A program made the translations under genes and the position numbers. Positions 15,673 to 25,661 of a stretch of DNA of 35,385 nt are shown here, one piece after another. Positions within the stretch are counted from its first letter, which is position 1, and the number at the start of each line of letters is the position of its first letter. Below the pieces are notes generated by a model that did no database searches, was not told where the DNA came from, and saw only the letters and a program-made list of their open reading frames with translations. Source of the DNA: Verrucomicrobiales bacterium (GTDB lineage: Bacteria; Verrucomicrobiota; Verrucomicrobiia; Limisphaerales; JAYPXF01); the NCBI GenBank assembly GCA_038154405.1, contig JAYPXF010000004.1:33575-68959 (forward strand), given 5' to 3'.

Positions 15673-17366
15673 CAAGTGTTCTTTTCCTTTTTAATGCGGG
15701 CAGGCTTGTTGGAAGGCTTTTTGTTGTTCTTCTCCGGTTTCTGCCGGGCTTCCTTGGTCTTCTTCTCCTTGTTCTTCTTGTCCCGAGCCTCGGCATTGTC
15801 GTCGCCTTGGCCAACCTTCTGGGCGGCCTTGAGTTCTTCCGGAGTTGGCGCCTTGGCGGCACCCGGTCCATCGAGATCGCTGTTGGCAACGAAACCGCCC
15901 TCCATGTCCAACTGGTCACCGAGCGTCAACGGCGAAAGCATCACCTCGTCGCCCGGCTGCAGGCCGGATTTGATCTCAATCATGGTGTCATTGAACATTC
16001 CAACTTCGACTTCGACCGCATTGTCACCGCCCGTGCCACGAACGAAGCAGACCTGCTTGCCGCCGGAGGTCGTCACCGCCTGGATCGGAACGGTCAGGGT
16101 CTCGGAAAGATTGGTGACCACGATCTCCGCGCGACCGGAAACACCTGGCTTCAGATCGGAGAGCTTCTCGTTGATCCACACCTCGGTGTTGTAGACCTTG
16201 AGGTTCGGATTGTAGTACCGGCTGGTGGTGTCCGGCAACGGCGCCACCTTGCGGATAAATCCGGTGAAGCGGGTGTCCGGCATCGAATCGATCGTGATGT
16301 AACAAGGCAAACCCGGACGCACCTGGCGCACATGCGATTCGTGCACCTTGATGTCCAACATCATCTGCGAGACATCGGGCAACTTGAGAATGCGATACTT
16401 CGAGGCAATCGAAGAACCGACCTCGATACCGGGATAACGATAACTGCTCGGTTGCTGATAAACCACCAGCCCATCCCGCGGCGCGTAGACCGTGCACTTC
16501 TCAAGCTGATCCTTGTAGTTCTGCAACCGTTCTTCGTACGACTCCAGCGAACGTTGACGCGACTCCACCGAAGATTCATAGGAAGCGATTCCGGTCTTCG
16601 CCTTTTGCTTGGTTCGCAGCAGGTCCAGTTCGGCATCCTTCACGTTGGCCTCGAGCAGGCGCACCTTTTTCGGGTAGTCATACTTGCGGGAGATCTCCAG
16701 CTCCTGCTGGTATTGCTCGATGTTCAGCTCCTGCTTCTTGACGCTAAGTCGATCGGCTTCGAGTTCCACCTCGGTCGCGTAACCCTTCTCCCTCAGTGCC
16801 TTGGTCTTCGTCAGACGATCCTTCGCCCGCTCCAACTCCGCTTCAGCAATCGTGATCTTGGCCTCCAACGCTTTCTCCAGGATGGGCCAGTCGCCCAGCT
16901 TGTATTTCTCCAGGTCCGACTTGGCAAATTCCAATTTCAGATCATCCTCTTCGATCTCAGCTTCCCAGGTCAGCGTCCCGATCTTCAACGCGTCTTTTGC
17001 ATCCACGAGATTCTGGCGGGCGGATTCGACCGACAATTCTTGGGAAGCGATCTTCTCCTCAATGCTGGTCGAATCGAGTTTCACCAACAGGTCACCCTCC
17101 TTCACAACCGTGCCCTCGGGAACGATGTCAACAATCTGCAACGTGTAACCGGTCTCATTCCTCACGGTGATCTCAGAGGTGGCGGACAAGGTGCCGCCCT
17201 CCACGATCGAAACCAGAAAATCCGCCCGCCTCACCGTGTGGTAGTTGTTGGCGATGACTTCAATCTTCTTGGACTTGAAGCTGAACGCAACGCCACCGCC
17301 GACCAGCAGGATCAGGAAGAGCGCAATTATCGGTTTTCGTTTGATCACTTTCATTACGGAACTCAT
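15672..17366 (-). CDS. Periplasmic adaptor (membrane fusion protein, MacA/HlyD-like) with a long helical hairpin
   Basis: N-terminal TM anchor, lipoyl halves VPEGTVVKEGDLLVKLD and TVYAPRDGLV, LKPGVSGRAEI, VPIQAV, and a Lys-rich tail. ATG 17366 lies right after the TolC stop (alternative TTG 17393). Confidence 0.9.
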   Translation of the reverse strand: MSSVMKVIKRKPIIALFLILLVGGGVAFSFKSKKIEVIANNYHTVRRADFLVSIVEGGTLSATSEITVRNETGYTLQIVDIVPEGTVVKEGDLLVKLDSTSIEEKIASQELSVESARQNLVDAKDALKIGTLTWEAEIEEDDLKLEFAKSDLEKYKLGDWPILEKALEAKITIAEAELERAKDRLTKTKALREKGYATEVELEADRLSVKKQELNIEQYQQELEISRKYDYPKKVRLLEANVKDAELDLLRTKQKAKTGIASYESSVESRQRSLESYEERLQNYKDQLEKCTVYAPRDGLVVYQQPSSYRYPGIEVGSSIASKYRILKLPDVSQMMLDIKVHESHVRQVRPGLPCYITIDSMPDTRFTGFIRKVAPLPDTTSRYYNPNLKVYNTEVWINEKLSDLKPGVSGRAEIVVTNLSETLTVPIQAVTTSGGKQVCFVRGTGGDNAVEVEVGMFNDTMIEIKSGLQPGDEVMLSPLTLGDQLDMEGGFVANSDLDGPGAAKAPTPEELKAAQKVGQGDDNAEARDKKNKEKKTKEARQKPEKNNKKPSNKPARIKKEKNT

Positions 17367-17367
17367 T

Positions 17368-19086
17368 TCAGTTTTGGGCCGATTGGCCGCCAAACACTTG
17401 TTCGGGTGTCAAAATATCACCAGTATCGGCTGCCGCGCCGGGAACTGGACCGGTGTTTTCCTCATTCAGCAGAGGATTCTTGGCCAGCCACCATCGGTCG
17501 CCGGCAGTATTCAAGACGCCAATATCGATCAAAAATTTCAATTTTGCGGCCAAATAATCCACCAAAGCGGCAGAAACCGCGTTCTGAGCCGCCAATTGCG
17601 CATCTTGAGCCTCCAACAAGTCACGGATCTGCGCCCGGCGCGACTCGATCAGTTGTGGTGTCACTTCGACGCGTTGGTTAGCCAAGACTAACGCCTCTTT
17701 CTGAATCTCATAGTTTTGTCGCAGCTGCTCCAGATCCCGCAGGTCCTCTCGGACAGCATCGCGAGCGTTGTCCAAGGTGATGGTGAGCGATCGGATCTCC
17801 CGCTCGAATTCGATCAATCGAGTACGGAAGGTGTTGCGCTGAGAGCGGCGATCAAAGGGCAGATCCAGTTCCAATCCGGTGGAAGTCCTGAAGTTGCCGG
17901 GATCGAAATCGGCGTAGTCGGTGGTTTCATTCTGCAACGACACATCCGTAAGGAAGGTCAGATTCGCCCGCAACGCATCCGCCGCCACCTTGATCTTCCG
18001 TTTGCTGTCTTCGAAGCGGTCGATCTCGTTCAGGATATCCATCTTGTTGGTCACCGCCATTTCATACCCCGCTCGATCGGTGACGCGGATCAACTGCAAA
18101 CCAATTTTCTTCAGGTCATCCAGATTCGAATCATCCAGGTTCAAATGCACTCCCAACGGGATCTCGAGCTTCTTCTTAAACTCATCCAAAAGCGCCTGGT
18201 ACTGCTGTACCGCGCGAATGTAGGAACTCCGACCGCTCAAGCGGCGTTGAATCGCCTGATCCACCTGGAACTGCGCGATTCGCTCAGCAACGAAGTTGGC
18301 CTCCGCATGAGTCACCGTATCCACCAGGCGCTTGTAGTTGTTGTAGGAGTTGCGGACCACGTCTTGGCGCTGCAGAAGACGGAAATAGTCCCCGACGATT
18401 CCAGCGGAAAACTCCTGTTGAAAGAGATCGAAATCCCGCAGCGCGTAGACAACATCCCGTTCCGCCTGCGTCAGATTTTCGGCGACGATTGCAGCGGACG
18501 ATCCACGCAGAAGCGGCTGGGAGAGATTCGCCGACACAACGGTCGCAACCGAACGCCGTGGGTCGCCGGTAAAATAGCGGACCATGTCGTTGGCCAATGT
18601 CAGCCCAATCGTGCCGCCTGACTTGAGCGCCTGATTGAACCCAACTCGATTGCGGCCGACGCTGCCTTTGAAGTCCTTGTCCCGCTCACGCTCAATCCCG
18701 CCCCGCAAAGCGCCGAACGGACGCTTGGCAAAATCCCATCGTCGAATGGTCAGTGTGAGGGCGGTGAGATACAGCTGCTCCTTGCGTGTCTGGTAATTCC
18801 GGTTCTTCGCAAAAGCCATGTCCAACGCCTGATCCAGATTCAGCGTGATGTTGGTTCCATCCAGTTTGCGACCGGCGATCAGTTCCATCGCTGGGATGTC
18901 GTCCGGATTCCGAGCAGAATACTTGGTGTCGATGTTGAATTCGTTGGTCTTGCCGAACAGCCCCATCTCCTTTTGCGAAAGAATCTCGTAAACCTGCTTG
19001 TCCGCCTTTTCGCGATAGTACGTGGAATTACACCCCGCCAGAAACAGGGCGACTATGGAGAAAAACAAGGAGTTCCAGATCCGCAT
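17368..19086 (-). CDS. TolC-family outer-membrane efflux lipoprotein
   Basis: The likely start is ATG 19086. Lipobox LAGC and OEP-type repeats (LNLDQALDMAFAKN, ANLSQPLLRG, LELDLPFDR, DLLEAQDAQLAAQN). First gene of the adaptor/ABC operon. Confidence 0.88.
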   Translation of the reverse strand: MRIWNSLFFSIVALFLAGCNSTYYREKADKQVYEILSQKEMGLFGKTNEFNIDTKYSARNPDDIPAMELIAGRKLDGTNITLNLDQALDMAFAKNRNYQTRKEQLYLTALTLTIRRWDFAKRPFGALRGGIERERDKDFKGSVGRNRVGFNQALKSGGTIGLTLANDMVRYFTGDPRRSVATVVSANLSQPLLRGSSAAIVAENLTQAERDVVYALRDFDLFQQEFSAGIVGDYFRLLQRQDVVRNSYNNYKRLVDTVTHAEANFVAERIAQFQVDQAIQRRLSGRSSYIRAVQQYQALLDEFKKKLEIPLGVHLNLDDSNLDDLKKIGLQLIRVTDRAGYEMAVTNKMDILNEIDRFEDSKRKIKVAADALRANLTFLTDVSLQNETTDYADFDPGNFRTSTGLELDLPFDRRSQRNTFRTRLIEFEREIRSLTITLDNARDAVREDLRDLEQLRQNYEIQKEALVLANQRVEVTPQLIESRRAQIRDLLEAQDAQLAAQNAVSAALVDYLAAKLKFLIDIGVLNTAGDRWWLAKNPLLNEENTGPVPGAAADTGDILTPEQVFGGQSAQN

Positions 19087-19200
19087 CAACTCGAAGTGCA
19101 ATCGGACGTCACCCCGGATACGAATAATTCAATGTTTGTGAGCCTGAATTCTCTACAACCGCTTCAGTTGCAGACGGATGCAAAAGCCCCCCGACAACAC

Positions 19201-20949
19201 TCAGCGCTGCCGGGCAATCCAGGCATCTATCCGCTTCTCCAAAATCTCCAGCGGCACCGCACCGGAAAGCAACACCTCATCATGGAACAATCGGACGTCA
19301 AAAGCATCCCCCAGCGCAGTGGTCGCCCGTTTGCGAAGTTGTTGTATCTTCATCTGGCCGATCTTGTAGGCCAACGCCTGCCCCGGCCAGGCGATGTAAC
19401 GATCCACCTCGTTGACCACGTCTTGCCGGGTCTTCGGCGCGTTTTCCATGAAAAAGTCGATCGCCTTGTCGCGACTCCATTGCTTGTAGTGAATCCCCGT
19501 GTCCACTACCAGCCGGATGGCCCGCCACATCTCATAAGTCAACTGACCAAACTTATCATATGGGTCATAATACAGTCCCACCTCGTCGCCCAACGATTCG
19601 GCGTACAGTCCCCAACCTTCCACGTAAGCAGTGACGGGAGAATGCCGACGGAATTTCGGCAACGATTCCAACTCCTGCGCCAAAGCGATCTGCAGATGAT
19701 GCCCAGGCACCGCTTCATGCAGAGACAAAGCCATCATCTCCCACTTGGGCCGCGTCTCCGGATTGTAGAGATTCACGAAATACGTTCCTGCCCGAGAACC
19801 ATCCGGCGCCGGCCAGCGGTAATAGGCCGTCGTCGTGTCCGGCGCGACCAGATCCGGAATCTTCTCGATCCCGTAAGGCATGCGCGGCAGCGTCTTGAAC
19901 AGCTTCACCATCATCGGATCGATCACTCGGCTTCGCGCGCGATAGGCCTGCAACAGTTCATCACCGGTCTTGAAAAAGAATTTCGGATCTGACCGGAGGT
20001 GTTCGAAGAACGCCTTAAGATCCCCCTTGAACTCCACCTTGTCCTTGATCGCCTCCATTTCTTCCCGGATGCGTTTCACCTCGGACAGACCCAGCCTGTG
20101 AATCTCGTTGGGCGTCATCTGCGTGGTCGTGAAGTCCTTCGCGAGGAACTCGTAAGCCCGCTTCCCATGCGGCCATTGCCAGGCGCCGACCGACTTGTAG
20201 CAAGCCGGGTTGTATTCTTTGGTCAAGAAAGTCTTCAGCTTTTCAAACGCAGGCACGACATGTTCCTTCACCGCCGTCCAGGCTTCGGCCTCCAGACGGA
20301 GCTGCGTCGACGATTTGATGTTTCGATGAAGGGAACGGAACGGTTTGTAGAACGGACTCTGCTCGGGCTCCTTCACGATCTGCTGGTCCAATTGTTTGGG
20401 CACGCGCTGCATCACCGCACGTGGCTGAAGAATCTGCCGGCGCATTCCTTCCCGCATCAACTCGATTGTCTGATCCACGTATTGCGGGAACCGCCTCATG
20501 CGCCCGATCCAATCCGAGTAGTCCTTCTCCGTTTCAAACCGCAAAGCATCCGCCTGCTGATTGGCCGTCTGAATCCCCCACCGATGATTCATCGGTGTCA
20601 GATAGAGCATCATCTGCAAACGCGCGACGCGTTGCTCTGATTGATACTTGAACAGGTCAAAGTTGAGTTGATCCGCTTTCGAAAGCGCGTCGCGATCGAT
20701 GCGACCCAACTCCTTGATCGCCTCCCGATACCGAAATTCGGCGCGAAACTGCGCCTTCAACCCATTGTCACCCCACTCATCGTTCCAGCGCCGATCCCCA
20801 AGAATGGACGCCCAAACCGGATCCGCCCGCATGTCCGCACTCCACTCCTTCTCGAACAAGGCATGCAGACGCTTGGTAGCCGCGTTCTCCGCCGCCGAAA
20901 CGATCGTTAACAATGCAAACAGCAGAAGGATCGAATTCCGAATCACCAT
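19201..20949 (-). CDS. DUF885 family protein (secreted, probable zinc metallopeptidase)
   Basis: The likely start is ATG 20949 with signal peptide MVIRNSILLLFALLTIVSA. Motifs LHEAVPGHHLQ, AYVEGWGLYAE, RLVVDTGIH, EVDRYIAWPGQALAYKIG and FHDEVL. Confidence 0.92.
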   Translation of the reverse strand: MVIRNSILLLFALLTIVSAAENAATKRLHALFEKEWSADMRADPVWASILGDRRWNDEWGDNGLKAQFRAEFRYREAIKELGRIDRDALSKADQLNFDLFKYQSEQRVARLQMMLYLTPMNHRWGIQTANQQADALRFETEKDYSDWIGRMRRFPQYVDQTIELMREGMRRQILQPRAVMQRVPKQLDQQIVKEPEQSPFYKPFRSLHRNIKSSTQLRLEAEAWTAVKEHVVPAFEKLKTFLTKEYNPACYKSVGAWQWPHGKRAYEFLAKDFTTTQMTPNEIHRLGLSEVKRIREEMEAIKDKVEFKGDLKAFFEHLRSDPKFFFKTGDELLQAYRARSRVIDPMMVKLFKTLPRMPYGIEKIPDLVAPDTTTAYYRWPAPDGSRAGTYFVNLYNPETRPKWEMMALSLHEAVPGHHLQIALAQELESLPKFRRHSPVTAYVEGWGLYAESLGDEVGLYYDPYDKFGQLTYEMWRAIRLVVDTGIHYKQWSRDKAIDFFMENAPKTRQDVVNEVDRYIAWPGQALAYKIGQMKIQQLRKRATTALGDAFDVRLFHDEVLLSGAVPLEILEKRIDAWIARQR

Positions 20950-21141
20950 CCCGCGACTCTCCCCGACGAATCCAGGCAAATCAACTCCTGACCGTCCGTC
21001 GAGCCCCATCGGTAAGACGTAGCGGAATTTGCAAAAATTCCGAATCCGCTGGCGCCACAATTCGGAAGATCTCGCATCTTCCGATACAGCCTCACAACGT
21101 CGTCCGATCGCCTGATTGGCAGTCCGGCCCAAATCGGTTCC

Positions 21142-22299
21142 TCACCGACCTTTGCTCTCCTCCACCACTGCGACCAGGTGATCGTAGATGCGTTTGCCAG
21201 AGACGTCCCAGTTGGTGCGGGTCTGGAAATCGATGAAGGCGGTGCGGCCAAGTTTCTCGTAGTCCGCGTAGTTCTTGAACTTGTCGAGGACGTAGTCGAT
21301 GTAGGCCTGTGGTCCGGCTTCAAGCGGAAAGGTCTCGCCACTGACGCCGCTGTTGATGGCGGCGGTGATACCACCGGTGGCGGTCGCCATGCTCGGCACG
21401 CCGTAGGAGGCGGCTTCGCAGAAGACAATGCCGAATGCTTCCGCGCGCGACGGCACGATCATGAAATGCGATTCGCCGATGGTGTCGTTGAACTTCTTCA
21501 GCCCGGCGGGTTCGTCCTTGTTGATGAAGCCGAGCTTGGTGACACAATCAGGGAGCTTGCGGCCCTTAGGCGGTTCAGATCCCATCAACGTAAGTGTCGT
21601 GGGCAAACCCGCGTTGTTCAGCCCCTCGGCGACAGCGACGGCGATGTCGCCACCTTTGCGTGCCCATACCTTGCCAATGAACAGCAGCTTGCAGCGATCT
21701 TTTGGTCGCCGCGAGATATAGTCTTCGATATCCGCCTCCGTGCGGTCGCAGTCGATGTTCGCTCCGAACGGAATCACATCAATCTTGGCCGGATCCACAC
21801 CGTAAGTATTGATGGCGAATTGCTTGGCGTGATCGCAGGCATACAGGACGCGTTTGGCACGATGCAGGTCCGCCTTTTCCCAAGCATGGCTGCGGTCGAT
21901 CGTCTTTTGCGGCAGACCCACGTAATAGGGATAGTAGTCGAGCAGACTGGCGAAATTAGCGTCGCAATACACCACGATGGGAATGTTCGTCTTCACCATC
22001 GTGAGGTAGTACGTGTGAGTCGTAAGAATGACGTCCGGCTTGATCTGCTCGAGCTTCTTGGCGATGTCGTCCGCCCACATCTCGATGACGGAAGGCTCGC
22101 GATCCTCCAACATCTTCTGGCCGGTGAGCGCGAACCACTTGCGCTTGAGGCGGTAATCCCAGCGTAACCAGTGAAAGAGCGGACCGACGTTGACCATCTC
22201 GGCGCCATGCCGCGCCACGGAATCGCGGATGTAGTGGTTCAACCCGGACCAGGTCCGGATGTCATCGGGCGACTGATGCGTGATGTAGGCTACCTTCAT
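21142..22299 (-). CDS. Glycosyltransferase family 4 (GT-B, retaining)
   Basis: LLFIGKVWARKGGD and the EX7E motif PSRAEAFGIVFCEAASYGVP. ATGA overlap with the upstream gene. Confidence 0.92.
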   Translation of the reverse strand: MKVAYITHQSPDDIRTWSGLNHYIRDSVARHGAEMVNVGPLFHWLRWDYRLKRKWFALTGQKMLEDREPSVIEMWADDIAKKLEQIKPDVILTTHTYYLTMVKTNIPIVVYCDANFASLLDYYPYYVGLPQKTIDRSHAWEKADLHRAKRVLYACDHAKQFAINTYGVDPAKIDVIPFGANIDCDRTEADIEDYISRRPKDRCKLLFIGKVWARKGGDIAVAVAEGLNNAGLPTTLTLMGSEPPKGRKLPDCVTKLGFINKDEPAGLKKFNDTIGESHFMIVPSRAEAFGIVFCEAASYGVPSMATATGGITAAINSGVSGETFPLEAGPQAYIDYVLDKFKNYADYEKLGRTAFIDFQTRTNWDVSGKRIYDHLVAVVEESKGR

Positions 22300-23240
22300 T
22301 CGGCCGGCTCGTTGGTGAGGCGCACATTGTCCAGGTAGAACGTGCGCGGCGCACTCGCGGAGTCGATAAACAACACCACCCGATGGATGGCTTTCAAGTC
22401 CAATTCCCTGCCCTTGGTTCCGGCGCGAATTTGCTCGATGGGAATCCGCAGATGGTTCTGTCCCTTCTGCATGAAGAACTCGTGATCATAGCGTCCGCCC
22501 TCCATCCCGGAAACGCCGCTCCCATCGATGCGGGCAAAGAGCAGGAATTCGGAACCGGTGTTGTAGACATCGAATGCCAGGGCCTCATACATGCTCCAAT
22601 CCTGTTCCCCGGCATCGAAGCTCACCCCGGGCCAACCGCCAACCGCCGCCACAACCTCCTGTGAGAACTCGCCCTGGGTCGCGTAGTTCGTCGATGACCG
22701 GTAGCGCCCCTCGCCGGTGAATGAATACGAGTTTGGCCGCCACAGGCTCAGGTCTTCCGCATCCTCAAAACTACCGAGCATGGGGAACTCCTCCAAGCGA
22801 TGCTCGATGGTGCGATACTTGCGCATCGGCGGACCGGCAATGGCGGCGCCGACCGCAATCGCTCCGGCCAGCAGAACGAGCACGTTGTACCCCTCCAGAC
22901 GCTTGGGCCAGAGGTAGATGAACGCCGCTCCGAAGGCGGCGCCGACAATGCCGTACATCTGGTCGAGCATGCTTTGCGAACGCCCCATCAACGGTTGCAC
23001 CAATTCAATGACGATGGCGACGGTCGCGGCGGCGGCAAAGGCGTTGCGACAATTGCGCAGGCGCATGTCTTCACCCCGCTTCTTGAAAAACGGATAGAGC
23101 AGTCCCGCGATCACGGCGAACAGGGGCAAATGCATTACGTCCGTGAGCGTGCGCCAGAACTCCACATCCACGGTGAAGTTGACCGGAATGAAAAACAAGG
23201 CGATCAGCGCGACCAGTCCGATGCTGCAAAGTAGCTTCAT
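22296..23240 (-). CDS. VanZ-like membrane domain fused to a carbohydrate-binding-like beta-sandwich domain
   Basis: About five TM helices with VanZ-like motifs (DVMHLPLFA, IELVQPLMGRSQSMLD). The C-terminal domain DWSMYEALAFDVYN...NHLRIPI...LDLKAIHRVVLF...FYLDNVRL is typical of galactose-binding-like/CBM folds. Confidence 0.7.
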   Translation of the reverse strand: MKLLCSIGLVALIALFFIPVNFTVDVEFWRTLTDVMHLPLFAVIAGLLYPFFKKRGEDMRLRNCRNAFAAAATVAIVIELVQPLMGRSQSMLDQMYGIVGAAFGAAFIYLWPKRLEGYNVLVLLAGAIAVGAAIAGPPMRKYRTIEHRLEEFPMLGSFEDAEDLSLWRPNSYSFTGEGRYRSSTNYATQGEFSQEVVAAVGGWPGVSFDAGEQDWSMYEALAFDVYNTGSEFLLFARIDGSGVSGMEGGRYDHEFFMQKGQNHLRIPIEQIRAGTKGRELDLKAIHRVVLFIDSASAPRTFYLDNVRLTNEPAE

Positions 23241-23261
23241 GACGGCCCCGGTAGCGACAGA

Positions 23262-24080
23262 CTATTTACGGACAAGCATCGTGACGCCGGTGAAGATCCG
23301 TTGGCTGATCTTCTGGCGCAGTGCCAGTGGCAGGATCTTGAAGCAGTCCTCGACCAGCAGGGTCATCGCATTGAATAAGCCGCTCTCGCGGGGCACCCCG
23401 AAGCGATAGGTGTACCACTGTTTGAAGCCACATTTCTTCACCAGCGCGGACATCTCCCGGTAAGTCCATTCCTTCAGATGCATTCCTTCATGGATGTAAA
23501 CAAATCCGCGGGAGGCATCATGCGGACCGGAAAAAAGATGAGGCGTGTCGAACACGTAGAGCCCACCGGGTTTCAGCACCCGACACACGGTTTCGAAATG
23601 ATACTCGTGATCTTCGGGATGAATGTGCTCGAGGAACTGGTAGCTGAAGGCCAGATCCACCGATTCTTCGGGCAATCCCAGTTTGTAGCCGTCGTAGACC
23701 TCCAGATGAAAATTCTCCGGTACATCCTTGGACTCGCCGCTCTGGTCGGAGATGTCGAGCGCGATCACCTTGTCGACGTGCTTGCAGACCTCGTAGGCGA
23801 GACGACAATCGCCCGGTGCGATCTCCATGAACGTCTTCACGTCCTTGAGATAGGGGCGCAGCAACTTCATGCGGGCTTCCACTGCCTTGCGGCTGTCTTC
23901 CTCGGTCTCCCGTCGGGTGAGGCGCGGATGATCTTTCACCCGCTCAAAGAGTTCGTCGTAGAGTTTGCCGAAGAGTTCGGGGCGGTTCTCGCGCGTCGAC
24001 TCCATGAGACGCTTGTGAAGGTCCTTCTCGACCTCGTACTGGTGGCGGAGTGATTCGATGGAGCGCGGCTCGTCTGACAT
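23262..24080 (-). CDS. Class I SAM-dependent methyltransferase
   Basis: The likely start is ATG 24080 (MSDEPRS). Motif I FMEIAPGDC, plus IALDIS, SVDLAFSYQFLEHI and RVLKPGG. Confidence 0.88.
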   Translation of the reverse strand: MSDEPRSIESLRHQYEVEKDLHKRLMESTRENRPELFGKLYDELFERVKDHPRLTRRETEEDSRKAVEARMKLLRPYLKDVKTFMEIAPGDCRLAYEVCKHVDKVIALDISDQSGESKDVPENFHLEVYDGYKLGLPEESVDLAFSYQFLEHIHPEDHEYHFETVCRVLKPGGLYVFDTPHLFSGPHDASRGFVYIHEGMHLKEWTYREMSALVKKCGFKQWYTYRFGVPRESGLFNAMTLLVEDCFKILPLALRQKISQRIFTGVTMLVRK

Positions 24081-24114
24081 GAATCTGGCTTGGCTGTGGA
24101 ATGTGAACTGCGGA

Positions 24115-25569
24115 CTAGGATTGTTCCTTGCTGTTGAACACGCGGAAGAACCAGATCGCCTCGTAGCGCGGCAACTTGTCCTTCTTGTCCGCGGCCATGC
24201 CGCCCCGGACCACGATGCGGATCGTGTCCAAGATGACAAACAGATCGAGGAACAAACTCATGTGCTTCATGTAATACAGGTCGTATTCCAGCTTCCACTT
24301 GGCGTCCTCCACGGACGAGCCATACGGATAGTTGACCTGCGCCCAGCCGGTGAGACCCGGCTGGACCATCAGACGTTCCTGATAGAACGGAATCTGATCG
24401 GCGAGTTCCTCAACAAACACCGGCCGCTCCGGTCGGGGACCGACGAAGGACATCTCGCCCTTGAGAATGTTGATCAGCTGCGGCAGCTCATCGATACGAT
24501 ACTTGCGCAACGTCGCGCCGATCGGCGTTGTCCGTGGATCCTTGCCCTGCACCGACCAGACGGCACCGTGTTTCTCGGCATCGACCCGCATGGAACGCAG
24601 CTTGATCACATTGAACGGCTGGCCGAATCGGCCGGCGCGCACCTGTCGGTAAAAGATCGGTCCGGGAGAGGTCAGCTTGACGCCCAGCATCGCGAGCAGC
24701 AGCAGCGGACCGGCCAACATCAACAACGTCGCCGAAACCACGATATCAAATGCACGCTTGATCTTCTTGATGTAGAGCATGTGCGGCTGACCACTGGCCG
24801 TGAGCAGCCACTCCGGCGTGATGAGCTCCAATGGCACGAGTTGATGGACTTCCTCAAACAGACTGACCAGCGGCATCACCTGCACTCCGGAATAGCGTAG
24901 TTCGCAGAAAGCCTTGCACATCGCCGGATCACTGATGCTCTTGCTGGTGCAGAGCACGCGATGGATGTTCTCGCGCTGCACGATCTCCTGCAGGTCACTG
25001 ACCTTGCCCAGCACCCGCATCTCTCCGATCGGCTTGTATTCGTCGTAATGGATCAGCCCCAACAACTCCATGTTCTCAGTTCCCAGTGACTGGAAGAAGC
25101 GCGCCTCGAGTTCATCGAAAGTACAGGTCATGATGAACGCAACCCGTTCCCGATGCTTGCGCAGCGCGCGGACTAGGAATCCATGGTGGAGCAGTACTGC
25201 CGAGTAGGTGAGCAGATAGCTCCAGAGAGTGACTCCGCGGCCGGTCTTGATGGACCAGTTGATGTAATACAACCCCATCATGATAAACGCAGTACCTGCC
25301 AGGCAGATGCCGAGAATCACGGCCCGCGACATCACCTTCTGCTTGTAACTCAGGGGCGAGTAGAGTCCGAAAATGTAGACCATGCAGGGGAACGCGAGTG
25401 AACTGAGCAGAATTCCGGGCACATAGGTGATGAGCTTGTCCTCAGCCTGGCTTGGTTCCTCCCAGAGGAGCGTGCACAGGGTGAACGCTGCAATGAACAC
25501 AACAGTATCGATGAAGAAGTGGACCGCGACGTGCAGCCAGTGTTGTCGGAGAATGCCGTTCGCGTTCAT
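24115..25569 (-). CDS. Priming undecaprenyl-phosphate glycosylphosphotransferase (WcaJ/WbaP-like, large PGT)
   Basis: Four N-terminal TM helices, a central soluble domain and a C-terminal PGT domain (KRAFDIV, GPIFYRQ, KLRSM, LRKYRIDELPQL, GEMSFVGPRPE, PGLTGWAQV, YDLYY). Confidence 0.95.
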   Translation of the reverse strand: MNANGILRQHWLHVAVHFFIDTVVFIAAFTLCTLLWEEPSQAEDKLITYVPGILLSSLAFPCMVYIFGLYSPLSYKQKVMSRAVILGICLAGTAFIMMGLYYINWSIKTGRGVTLWSYLLTYSAVLLHHGFLVRALRKHRERVAFIMTCTFDELEARFFQSLGTENMELLGLIHYDEYKPIGEMRVLGKVSDLQEIVQRENIHRVLCTSKSISDPAMCKAFCELRYSGVQVMPLVSLFEEVHQLVPLELITPEWLLTASGQPHMLYIKKIKRAFDIVVSATLLMLAGPLLLLAMLGVKLTSPGPIFYRQVRAGRFGQPFNVIKLRSMRVDAEKHGAVWSVQGKDPRTTPIGATLRKYRIDELPQLINILKGEMSFVGPRPERPVFVEELADQIPFYQERLMVQPGLTGWAQVNYPYGSSVEDAKWKLEYDLYYMKHMSLFLDLFVILDTIRIVVRGGMAADKKDKLPRYEAIWFFRVFNSKEQS

Positions 25570-25661
25570 GGAAGTTGGTCGTCAGTCCCAGAATAGGTGA
25601 GCCACTCTTTCTCGCCAACCCTAAATCCCCGTCAGGGAAAGCCTTAAGCCTGGTTTTTCGC

